DNA of 64,000 nt from Candidatus Parcubacteria bacterium. GTDB taxonomy: Bacteria > Patescibacteriota > Minisyncoccia > Minisyncoccales > JAGMAB01. A program made the translations under genes and the position numbers. The notes beneath the pieces were generated by a model, which saw nothing but the letters and a program-made list of their open reading frames with translations, was not told where the DNA came from and ran no database searches. Location: contig JAGMAB010000001.1 of the NCBI GenBank assembly GCA_023131055.1, positions 1,486 through 65,485 of the forward strand. Reading direction: 5' to 3'. Position 1 is the first letter of the stretch, and the number at the start of each line of letters is the position of its first letter. Below, piece after piece: positions 45,445 to 53,868 of the stretch.

Positions 45445-47324
45445 TAGGAATTGGTATAGTTGTGTTATTATGTGTTTTTTTCGGGCTTGGCATATTTGCC
45501 GAACCATACATAATGCACGACACAGAAGTGAATAAAGTAGAAGTGAATATAGATGATGTCAAAAGCATAGATAATGTCATAGAAAATGCCGTGGTTTTAG
45601 AGAAGCAATCAGAAACACCAGCGACGCCAGCGACGCCAGTAATGATACTCGGTCTTTCTAAGATTGAGTTGAGAACAAAAGACAAAGAATCTGTCGGGGT
45701 TCAAGTAGACAGAGTGATAAGAGACTATCTTTGGTACAATTCGGCGTTTGACGCCAGTGTTCCGGCAGATAGAATTCCGTATTCCTCTTCGCAACTCGTG
45801 TGTTATATGGAAGGCGCGAGAGTAATAGAAATGATGGAATGGGCAAATATGTCAGTTATTCCGCTAACACCGAGCATTGCGCTGAAGAAAGACGATGGTT
45901 ATTATTACGGCGCTGACGGACAGGGAAACTTTATTTTTCAGATATGTCCGAGCAAAACAGAATATCCGACCTGTGAATTTATCAACGAAAGTAATAATGA
46001 ATATATAGTAATGCGCGACACGCACGGATTCAACGCTGTTGCTGAACAAGCGTATCTCAATAAAGACAAAGTAGATTTGGTGATTGCCTGCATGGATATG
46101 CCGGACAAAGCAAAAGCCGCGTTGTATTTGGCGCAGAATGGAATTCAATGCTACGCGCCCTGCGACAGGTTTACCAACGATTTGATGAACTACAAAGAGA
46201 AATTCGGCATAGGAACAGAAATATTGGGCAGCGCGCCAATCAGAAAAACAAATTACGGCGCTGTTATAGGAGATCAGCCAGTAGTGATATCACTTAATGA
46301 ACCAATTATAGCCCAATACACTGACAGGATGTATCCAGATCAGTATTGCGATACACCGAGCAGATATTTCAGAGAACTGCAAAGAGTTTATAAAATAAAC
46401 CTTTCAGTTACAGAGGTTTATGCCAATATTGGAGAAACCTGTAATCTAGTAAAAGAAGCAAAAGAACAAAACGCAGAAGTTATAGGCGCAAGAATATTCA
46501 ATGAAACTGATTACCTGCCGCTTAAAAACTGGTTGGAAGAAAACAAAAACCACAGGGTTATTTTGTTTCATTCTGCGGCATACGAGTTTGGCATCGAGCT
46601 ATTCAGAGCATATCCAGGGCAAACAAGTTTTGGGGATATTAACCCAAAATTTGTTGGTGATAACTTTGAACCCAAGAAAAACATATCCGCATTGGTGAGT
46701 TTCACTTTTGATGACAGCAATCCAAACCACCTGGAGAAAATTGCTCCTTTTTTGGAACAATATGATATGAAAGCAACGAGATACTATGTTACAGGCGTTT
46801 CCTGGACTAATTTCACTGAATGTAAAATCCTGCAGGACCAGTACAATTGGGAAATAGGCGGCCATACAAGAACTCATCCAGACCTGACAAATATCACACT
46901 GGAACAAGTAAAACAAGAAATTTGTGGAGGTAAAAGTGATTTTATTGCTAACGGTATTGCTGTAAAGAGCTTTGCGCCGCCATACACCGAAATAAACGCA
47001 GATACAATGAATATTGTCAAAGAGTGCTACGAGTCCTGCCGCAATGACTGGGGGATTAATTATCCTCCCTACGAACCATATCGTATTAGGATGCTTAGCT
47101 CGTTGGATAATATAGATAGGCTAAAAATCTCAGAGATTTCCGACAAGCTAGACGAGGCAATAGAAAACAATGGCTGGATAGTATTTTACAGCCATAGAGT
47201 AGATAATACAGGAAACCCGTATTGCACAGACGAACAGTTTTTCAAAGAACTTCTGAATCTAATCAGCAAAAAACCAGAGATTGAAGTAGTGACTGTTTCT
47301 GAAGGATTAGAATGGCGCTGGTAG
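45399..47324 (+). CDS. membrane-anchored protein with C-terminal NodB-type polysaccharide deacetylase domain (PgaB/IcaB-like)
   Basis: N-terminal TM, ~400-aa unassigned middle region, then FTFDDSNPNH and GGHTRTHPD motifs. ATG 45426 is an alternative start. Overlaps the end of the GT2 gene. Confidence 0.75.
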   Translation: MGIEKEIGKMGKRTLIGIGIVVLLCVFFGLGIFAEPYIMHDTEVNKVEVNIDDVKSIDNVIENAVVLEKQSETPATPATPVMILGLSKIELRTKDKESVGVQVDRVIRDYLWYNSAFDASVPADRIPYSSSQLVCYMEGARVIEMMEWANMSVIPLTPSIALKKDDGYYYGADGQGNFIFQICPSKTEYPTCEFINESNNEYIVMRDTHGFNAVAEQAYLNKDKVDLVIACMDMPDKAKAALYLAQNGIQCYAPCDRFTNDLMNYKEKFGIGTEILGSAPIRKTNYGAVIGDQPVVISLNEPIIAQYTDRMYPDQYCDTPSRYFRELQRVYKINLSVTEVYANIGETCNLVKEAKEQNAEVIGARIFNETDYLPLKNWLEENKNHRVILFHSAAYEFGIELFRAYPGQTSFGDINPKFVGDNFEPKKNISALVSFTFDDSNPNHLEKIAPFLEQYDMKATRYYVTGVSWTNFTECKILQDQYNWEIGGHTRTHPDLTNITLEQVKQEICGGKSDFIANGIAVKSFAPPYTEINADTMNIVKECYESCRNDWGINYPPYEPYRIRMLSSLDNIDRLKISEISDKLDEAIENNGWIVFYSHRVDNTGNPYCTDEQFFKELLNLISKKPEIEVVTVSEGLEWRW

Positions 47325-47363
47325 TAAGGGAAGAAAAAGATTAGGAGGTGAAAAAAAGAAAAA

Positions 47364-47972
47364 ATGAAAAAAAGATTGGGAGAAATCTTGAATGTGACAT
47401 ACGTGCCATGCTGCCCAAGCTGCAGTGATTTGATACACTATCTCATCAGGCACCCGGTATTTGCTATAGTAGTTATCTGCCTTATTGTATTTCCAATAGG
47501 AGGCATTGAATACTTTATCTGCAACGATGTGAATTTGGGAACAGATGAAAAGGCAGAACAATACTACGAAGCAATTTTGCAGGTACACCAAGATATAGGA
47601 TTCAACGAGAACGAATATCCACCGTCAGGATTGACGCTTGAGCAGGCAAAAGAAATTCCGTGTATAAACAACGATACAGATGCAGAATATTGGTTATCTG
47701 AAGAATACAATAAGGATATAGGGAGAGTGTATTACTATATCCTTCTGGCGATTTACCACAGATGGCTGCATCCAGAAGACGCTAACCATACGGCGATGGA
47801 AATACTGAACAATCCGGAGATTATCGGAAATTTCACGTTAGACAACCGCTCATATAACTACGCGACAGTGGCGTATTTCCACAATAGGAGTGTGGTTAAC
47901 GCACATTTACTAACAAATAGTACATTACCAACAGACGAACTGGAAAGAGTAAAAGCTTTGCTACCAAAGTAA
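47364..47972 (+). CDS. hypothetical membrane-anchored protein
   Basis: 202 aa with one TM (FAIVVICLIVFPIGGI). Its translation-initiation region is nearly identical to that of the GT2 gene. Confidence 0.5.
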   Translation: MKKRLGEILNVTYVPCCPSCSDLIHYLIRHPVFAIVVICLIVFPIGGIEYFICNDVNLGTDEKAEQYYEAILQVHQDIGFNENEYPPSGLTLEQAKEIPCINNDTDAEYWLSEEYNKDIGRVYYYILLAIYHRWLHPEDANHTAMEILNNPEIIGNFTLDNRSYNYATVAYFHNRSVVNAHLLTNSTLPTDELERVKALLPK

Positions 47973-48027
47973 AGCTAAAATAAAAATAGCTCCTTTTATT
48001 TTTTTAGGAGCAGGAGGAAATATATTG

Positions 48028-48066
48028 GCTGATTCTGGAGGTTTTTCCAGAATCGGCATTTTTTTT
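48028..48066 (+). terminator. intrinsic terminator
   Basis: GCTGATTCTGG-AGGTTTTT-CCAGAATCGGC followed by T8. Confidence 0.6.
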
Positions 48067-48073
48067 ATTTGTC

Positions 48074-48139
48074 TTGACATAAATAGAAAATAAAGATACT
48101 ATGATAGGGACTTGACAAGGTTTTATGGTTGTGTAAACT
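48074..48139 (+). promoter_or_regulatory. tandem promoters (TTGACA-17-TACTAT and TTGACAAGGTTT-16-TAAACT)
   Basis: TTGACA at 48074 and 48112, with a third TTGACA at 48168. About 340 nt upstream of the first TasA-like gene. Confidence 0.45.
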
Positions 48140-48479
48140 GTGTGATACAGGATGTTATCGGAACAGCTTGACATTTATCTTGTTAAGAGTTAAGAGTATA
48201 GTATAGTATAGAATAGAATAGAAGAAACAAATTAATCTATTTAGAGGAGGAACTAAATAATCATTTGTGGTATTTTTATTGATACTAAATAATAATTGGC
48301 AAACAAACAGAGGTTTTTGTTTTGGAACTTCTTCCTAAGAAGGGGAGAGGTTTTTTTGTGAGTTCAAACTTTAGTTCTTAGAAAAATCTAAGAGTTAAAG
48401 CTTGGACTCTATAGAGAGCCCAAAAGGAGGAAAAATAACAAAGGTCGAAAAAAAAGATAAATTAAATGAACAAAAAATT

Positions 48480-49574
48480 ATGAACAAAAAAATTCTAATT
48501 AGTTTAAGCGTAATCGGAGTTGTTGCTGCTATTGTCATTGGTGGAACTGCGGCTTATTTCAGCGACACTGAAACAAGTAAAGATAATCTTTTTGTCGCCG
48601 GCACCATAGATATTTTTGTTGATGGTGATAATTTTGATTGGGAAGGACACGCTACATTAGAAGATATGAAACCTTGTTATACTGACTACATTAATTTCAC
48701 GATTTATAATAACCTAAGCGACCCAAATCCAGTTAATGTTTGGAAGCACTTGATAATCACTTATGAAGAAGACGGTGCAACTTCTGAACCTGAGTGCACA
48801 GAGCAAGGTGGAGAATGGATTAAGGGAGATCCAGGGCAATGTTATTGGAATGGTCATGTTAACAACAATAACATTTCCAGCATTATAGATTATGATCTTA
48901 TAGTAGAAGTGTATGACAGCTGCGGTAGATTGATTTGGTGGCAGACCATTTATGACAAAGAAGTTACTGTAGCAGAAATTGCCTGCAAAGAAATTTATTT
49001 AGGAATGATTCCAGTTGACGGATATATGAAAGTAATTCAGAGTTATCATATGCAGGATCCTAATTTTTCCACAAACTGGGCGCAAGGCGATATAATGGCT
49101 TTTGATCTTGAAATTACAGGTATTCAGCTTCGCGGAGAAGCTTGGTTAGATTTCAAACAGGCAACAAAGAGTCCAGAAGAGTATTGGAAAGTTCAAAATC
49201 CAGGAAACCCTGCTGGTACTTTGACTTACATAGTAAAGCATCCAGAATTTGACTATGACTTCAACGCCAGTGGACTTCAAACTGACACAGAATACAGCTT
49301 GATTTACTATGCTGACCCATGGCCAGGAAACAACCCTGGTGCTTTACTTGGAACAGCAACAACTGATGGAAGCGGTAATATTGCTATGTCAAGTTCTGTT
49401 GAACTGAATATGAATCTTCCAGGTCCTGGCGATCTTAATCATCCAGATGGCGCTAAAGTTTGGTTGGTTCCATCCAGCGACTATGATGCAGGTACTAATG
49501 AGTTGACATATTGGAATCCTGGTAACTACTTGTTTGAAATTGGTTTGATTTACTACTACGATACTGATTTCTAA
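48480..49574 (+). CDS. secreted TasA/camelysin-like protein 1 (SipW-type signal)
   Basis: MNKKILISLSVIGVVAAIVIGGTAAYFSDTETSKDNLFVAGTIDI, compared with B. subtilis TasA GGGTWAAFND..FASGTLDL. ATG 48480 preferred over the TTG at 48402. Confidence 0.7.
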   Translation: MNKKILISLSVIGVVAAIVIGGTAAYFSDTETSKDNLFVAGTIDIFVDGDNFDWEGHATLEDMKPCYTDYINFTIYNNLSDPNPVNVWKHLIITYEEDGATSEPECTEQGGEWIKGDPGQCYWNGHVNNNNISSIIDYDLIVEVYDSCGRLIWWQTIYDKEVTVAEIACKEIYLGMIPVDGYMKVIQSYHMQDPNFSTNWAQGDIMAFDLEITGIQLRGEAWLDFKQATKSPEEYWKVQNPGNPAGTLTYIVKHPEFDYDFNASGLQTDTEYSLIYYADPWPGNNPGALLGTATTDGSGNIAMSSSVELNMNLPGPGDLNHPDGAKVWLVPSSDYDAGTNELTYWNPGNYLFEIGLIYYYDTDF

Positions 49575-49688
49575 GATTGAAATCTTTTCGGTTGTCTCAA
49601 TCTTGTGAATTGGGACAACCTATAAAGGTTTTGAAATAAAAAAACCAAAGGTCGGAAAAGATAAATAACTAACAAAGAACAAAAAATT

Positions 49689-51521
49689 ATGAACAAAAAA
49701 ATATTAATTAGTTTAGCGCTTATTGGCGTTGTTGGCGTTATTGCTACTGGCGCGACTGTTTCTTACTTTACTGACACTGAATCCAGTGTTGGCAATGTTT
49801 TCACTGCTGGAAGCATTGACTTGAAGATTGACAATCACGCTTGGTTTAATGGCGGGTATATGGAGGAATTTAGTTGGGAGCTTGATGACTTGACAGACCA
49901 ACTTTTCTTCAACTACACTGACTTAAAGCCAGGTGATTGGGAGGAAGACACTATCAGCATCCGTGTTGATAATAATCCTGCATGGATATGTGGAGAGATT
50001 ACAATTACCAACAATGACGATATGACTTGTACAGAGCCGGAAATGGATGATGACCCAACATGTGATGAACCTGACGCAGATATTTGGGATGGTGACTTAG
50101 CTCAGGAATTAGCATTTATTTATTGGGTAGATGATGGAGACAATGTTCTTGAAAGTGATGAGTATTTTTATGGACCAATATCTCCTGGGGCTTTATTGCC
50201 AGATGGCTCAATTAGATTCCCAATTGCTGATGTGAACTATTCCGTAGCTGGATATGATCCAGGTACAGGATTAGGACTTCCTATTGTTGGTCTTGAGACC
50301 TATTATATTGCCAAAGCATTTTGTTTTGGTGATATAGATATTGTTCCTGTTGTCCAAGACGGATATAGTGATCAGATGAACCCTGGTAGTCCGCAAGGCC
50401 CTGGATTTACTTGTAATGGCGCCTTAGTTAATAACGCTTCTCAGTCAGATAGTTTAACAGGTGATATTTCCTTTACCGCAGTGCAGTACAGAAATAATAC
50501 TGATTATGTTTGTGTTATAGTGCCAGAGTGTGAGGACGATGAGGATTGTGATGACGAAAATGCGTGCACTTTGGATGTCTGCGACGAGGATAACCTTTGT
50601 CAAAACATTTGTTTAGTGGACGATCCTTGTGACGATGGAAATGATCACACTGTTAATGACAAATGTACTCAAGTCGGAGAAGATTGTCTTTGTAAAGGCA
50701 CACTTGTTGAATGTATAAGTAATGAGGAGTGCAATGACTACAACGAATGTACTTTGGATATCTGCGACGAAAACGGCGTTTGCCAAAACACTTGTTTAGT
50801 AGGTCAATCTTGTGATGATGGAGAGCATTACACCATTAATGATGAATGTACTCAAGTTGGAGAGGATTGCTTTTGTGAAGGCGAACCTGTTGACTGTATA
50901 GACGCTGGAGATTGCAATGACAATGATCCATGCACAATTGATACTTGTGAAAATAATGTCTGTGTCTACACTCCTATAGTTTGTAATGACCAAGATCCAT
51001 GTACAACTGATGCCTGTGTTGACGGAACCTGTGTGTACACTCCTATAGTTTGTAATGATGGGGATCCATGTACAACTGATGCCTGTGTTGGCGGAGAATG
51101 CGTGTACACTCCTATAGTTTGTAATGATGGGGATCCATGTACAACTGATGCCTGTGTTGACGGAACCTGTGTCTACACTCCTATAGTTTGTGATGACCAG
51201 AATCCTTGTACAACTGACGCTTGTGTTGGCGGAGTCTGTATATACACTCCTATTTGTGAGGGTACTGACATAGAGTGCGGTTGCACAAGTTGCGAAAACT
51301 GTAACGACCAGGATGGCTGGGTTGATGTAGGCGGCACATACGCATGCTGTCAAGGCGATTACATGCTGTGTACTTGCCAAAATCAAGAATATATAGATTA
51401 CTCTTGTCAAGGCACTTCTTGTGTTTCTGCAACAACAAATTGGCGCACAGTTGGGACAGACTGTTCTACATGTTATCCATATTGTTGTGATGACGCGCAG
51501 TGCGTGCCCTGCAATTATTAA
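49689..51521 (+). CDS. secreted TasA/camelysin-like protein 2 with Cys-rich repeat C-terminal region
   Basis: MNKKILISLALIGVVGVIATGATVSYFTDTESSVGNVFTAGSIDL and DLKPGDWEE, then about 300 aa of CxDxDPCTxDxC-type repeats. Confidence 0.75.
   Translation: MNKKILISLALIGVVGVIATGATVSYFTDTESSVGNVFTAGSIDLKIDNHAWFNGGYMEEFSWELDDLTDQLFFNYTDLKPGDWEEDTISIRVDNNPAWICGEITITNNDDMTCTEPEMDDDPTCDEPDADIWDGDLAQELAFIYWVDDGDNVLESDEYFYGPISPGALLPDGSIRFPIADVNYSVAGYDPGTGLGLPIVGLETYYIAKAFCFGDIDIVPVVQDGYSDQMNPGSPQGPGFTCNGALVNNASQSDSLTGDISFTAVQYRNNTDYVCVIVPECEDDEDCDDENACTLDVCDEDNLCQNICLVDDPCDDGNDHTVNDKCTQVGEDCLCKGTLVECISNEECNDYNECTLDICDENGVCQNTCLVGQSCDDGEHYTINDECTQVGEDCFCEGEPVDCIDAGDCNDNDPCTIDTCENNVCVYTPIVCNDQDPCTTDACVDGTCVYTPIVCNDGDPCTTDACVGGECVYTPIVCNDGDPCTTDACVDGTCVYTPIVCDDQNPCTTDACVGGVCIYTPICEGTDIECGCTSCENCNDQDGWVDVGGTYACCQGDYMLCTCQNQEYIDYSCQGTSCVSATTNWRTVGTDCSTCYPYCCDDAQCVPCNY
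50913..51262 (+). repeat. tandem 69-nt (23-aa) coding repeats
   Basis: The unit TACACTCCTATAGTTTGTAATGA... restarts at 50967, 51036, 51105, 51174 and 51243 and encodes YTPIVCNDxDPCTTDACVxGxCV. Confidence 0.9.
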
Positions 51522-51625
51522 CAGTCAAGGAATTAGATAGATTTGAATTCTTTTTGATTGCCTCATAACTCTCCTTGTGGTAAAAATAGGGGCAATCTAT
51601 AAAGGATTTAAGAAGTGTTTTGAGT

Positions 51626-52129
51626 ATGAAACCATTGAAAATAATTTATTACATTTTTGTTGGACTGATTGCCGCGGTCGCGCTTTTGCTGATTTTCTCA
51701 ATTTTTCCAATTTCAGGAAATTTCAAACCAATGATAGTCCAGTCCGGTTCAATGGAACCGGCAATTAAAATGGGAAGCGTAGTAGTAGTTAAACCAGCAG
51801 ATAATTATAAAATTGGCGATGTAATTACATTTGGCGAGGTTAGTAAAACTAAAACGCCGACTACTCATCGGGTTCACGACATAAAAGTAAATGAAGGAAA
51901 ACCATATTATATTACCAAAGGAGATGCTAATAACGCGCCTGACCAGAAAGAAATTGCTAAAAAAGATATTGTTGGCAAAGTTTTATTCAGTATTCCTTAT
52001 CTTGGATACGGCGTGGATTTCGCTAAAAAACCGATCGGTTTTGCTTTAATTATTATTATCCCGGCAATGCTCGTTATTGGCGATGAAATAAAGAAAATTT
52101 TTAGAGAAATCAAAAAGAAAAAACAATGA
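51626..52129 (+). CDS. sipW: signal peptidase I, SipW/archaeal-ER type (S26B)
   Basis: N-terminal TM, VQSGSMEPAIKMGSVVVV and TTHRV motifs, C-terminal TM. 4-nt overlap with the next gene. Confidence 0.8.
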   Translation: MKPLKIIYYIFVGLIAAVALLLIFSIFPISGNFKPMIVQSGSMEPAIKMGSVVVVKPADNYKIGDVITFGEVSKTKTPTTHRVHDIKVNEGKPYYITKGDANNAPDQKEIAKKDIVGKVLFSIPYLGYGVDFAKKPIGFALIIIIPAMLVIGDEIKKIFREIKKKKQ

Positions 52130-53868
52130 GACAATCTATTATAAAAATTATATCATTATTGTTAATTATCGGTCTTAACTGGACCGGGATTTCAGCTGTT
52201 CACAGTACTTTGGCTTATTTTAGTGATAATGAAGATTCTAATGGTAATATCTATCAAGCCGGCACCTTAGATTTTTGTTTAAATTCTTCAAGTTTAAATA
52301 AGTTTATAGGACTCACCGAAAAAGTTTTATTAGGTTCTGTCTTAACAAATAATGGTAGCCTCGGTTTTCAGTACACAGTGACGGCTGAAAAAATTTCTGG
52401 AAGTGATGATTTTTGCAATGCCCTCAAATTAGAAGCTGAATTGAATGGAATTGAAAAACATGACGATGCTCTTATGTCTTTTGATATTCCGGCCTCAACC
52501 ATGCTTGGAAGTTGGAGTTTTGAGATTAAATTACCGGTTTACGCAGCGAATATTTCTCATGGAGAAACCTGCGAGGTTGACCTTGTATTTAAAGGTTGGC
52601 AGACCGATATGCCGGTTTACGGAACAGCGGGCTTTTTTGACGAAGAGAGAATTCATATTAATCTCACCAGCAGGATGGTTGTTTTAAATGAATTCTTACC
52701 AAATCCTAACGGGTTAGTTCCTGATTATGGATTTGATTTTGGTGAAGATAGCGACAGTAAACCCCAAGGAGAATGGGTAGAGTTATACAACAATAGTAAT
52801 TCAAACCACAACCTGGCTGGCTGGTATATTTGGGATGCCAGCAATGATAATTCAAACAAGGTCTTCATTACTGATTCAAATACAATCCCTGGAACTACAA
52901 CTATCCCGGCTAATGGCTGGCTTGTAGTGTATATGAATAAAGCAGTGTTTGATAACACCGGTGATACCGTTAAGTTATTTGATGGTGCTGACACTTTAAT
53001 TGATTCATATACTTATATGGCGGATAATGATTATTGTGAAATTGAACCAACACCCGGAGATGAAAATACCACCAATACAACCGGTAGTTGCGGGGGTGTT
53101 CCACCAAATAAATCATATGCTCGTATTCCTGATGGTATTGGTTACTGGGTAGATCCTATTCCTACGCCCGGCAGGATGAATAAGTTAATTGAAGAAGAAC
53201 CTATTGCTGAGGAAATCTTATCTACAGAAGAAACTCCAGCCATTGAAGAAGAGGCAGTTGCCACCGAAGAAGAACCGCCTGTGGTGGAAGAGCTACCTAT
53301 GGAAGAAGAAACTCCTTCAATCAAAGAACCTGCGCCAGAAGAACCAGCTGACGACGAAGTTCCAGTTGAGGAAATTCCAGTTAAAGAAGTCCCAGTGGTT
53401 GAAGAAGAAAAACAACCAGTAGTAGAAGAAGAATTGCCTGTTGAAGAAACTGTTCCTGAACAACCAGTAATTATTGAAGAACCAGTTCCAGTTATGGAAG
53501 GCGAGGATGGAGAAACAATTTTTGATGAAGTGTTTGATAATATAGAAAATACAATAAAAGAAGCGATAGAAGAAGTAATGCCTATTGAAGAAGAACTGCC
53601 TATTGAAGAATCCGAATCTGAAATAACCGAAGGAATGATTGAGGTCAAACCTCAATCAATTCCAGAACTGGAACAACCAGTGGTAGAACCAGTGATTGAA
53701 AAGCCAGTAATTATTGATGAACCAGTAGTTGAAGAAGTAATAGAAGAAATAATTGAACTATTGGTTGAACCAGTAATTGAACCATCGATTGAAGAACAGC
53801 CAGTTATTATTCCTGAAGATAATCCTTCTAAACCAATTGATGATTTAGGAGAAGAAACCAATGAATAA
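52126..53868 (+). CDS. secreted TasA-like protein 3 fused to a lamin-tail domain and an acidic E/P/V-rich tail
   Basis: Signal and STLAYFSDNEDSNGNIYQAGTLDF, lamin-tail-like VVLNEFLPNPNG...EWVELYNNSN..LAGWYIWD, then a ~230-aa EExP(V/I) low-complexity tail. Confidence 0.7.
   Translation: MRQSIIKIISLLLIIGLNWTGISAVHSTLAYFSDNEDSNGNIYQAGTLDFCLNSSSLNKFIGLTEKVLLGSVLTNNGSLGFQYTVTAEKISGSDDFCNALKLEAELNGIEKHDDALMSFDIPASTMLGSWSFEIKLPVYAANISHGETCEVDLVFKGWQTDMPVYGTAGFFDEERIHINLTSRMVVLNEFLPNPNGLVPDYGFDFGEDSDSKPQGEWVELYNNSNSNHNLAGWYIWDASNDNSNKVFITDSNTIPGTTTIPANGWLVVYMNKAVFDNTGDTVKLFDGADTLIDSYTYMADNDYCEIEPTPGDENTTNTTGSCGGVPPNKSYARIPDGIGYWVDPIPTPGRMNKLIEEEPIAEEILSTEETPAIEEEAVATEEEPPVVEELPMEEETPSIKEPAPEEPADDEVPVEEIPVKEVPVVEEEKQPVVEEELPVEETVPEQPVIIEEPVPVMEGEDGETIFDEVFDNIENTIKEAIEEVMPIEEELPIEESESEITEGMIEVKPQSIPELEQPVVEPVIEKPVIIDEPVVEEVIEEIIELLVEPVIEPSIEEQPVIIPEDNPSKPIDDLGEETNE

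Noticed and set aside
50913-51262. Possible CRISPR array, because of regular tandem repeats
   Set aside because: The repeats are contiguous 69-nt units with no unique spacers. They stay in frame and encode a Cys-rich protein repeat. No cas genes are present in the window.
50796-51410. 204-aa minus-strand ORF, with similar antisense ORFs at 53142-53648, 53317-53655 and 54724-55038
   Set aside because: These are shadow ORFs opposite repetitive, codon-biased coding repeats (the Cys-rich array and Glu/Pro-rich tails). They have no RBS, and the plus-strand genes have clear domain signatures.
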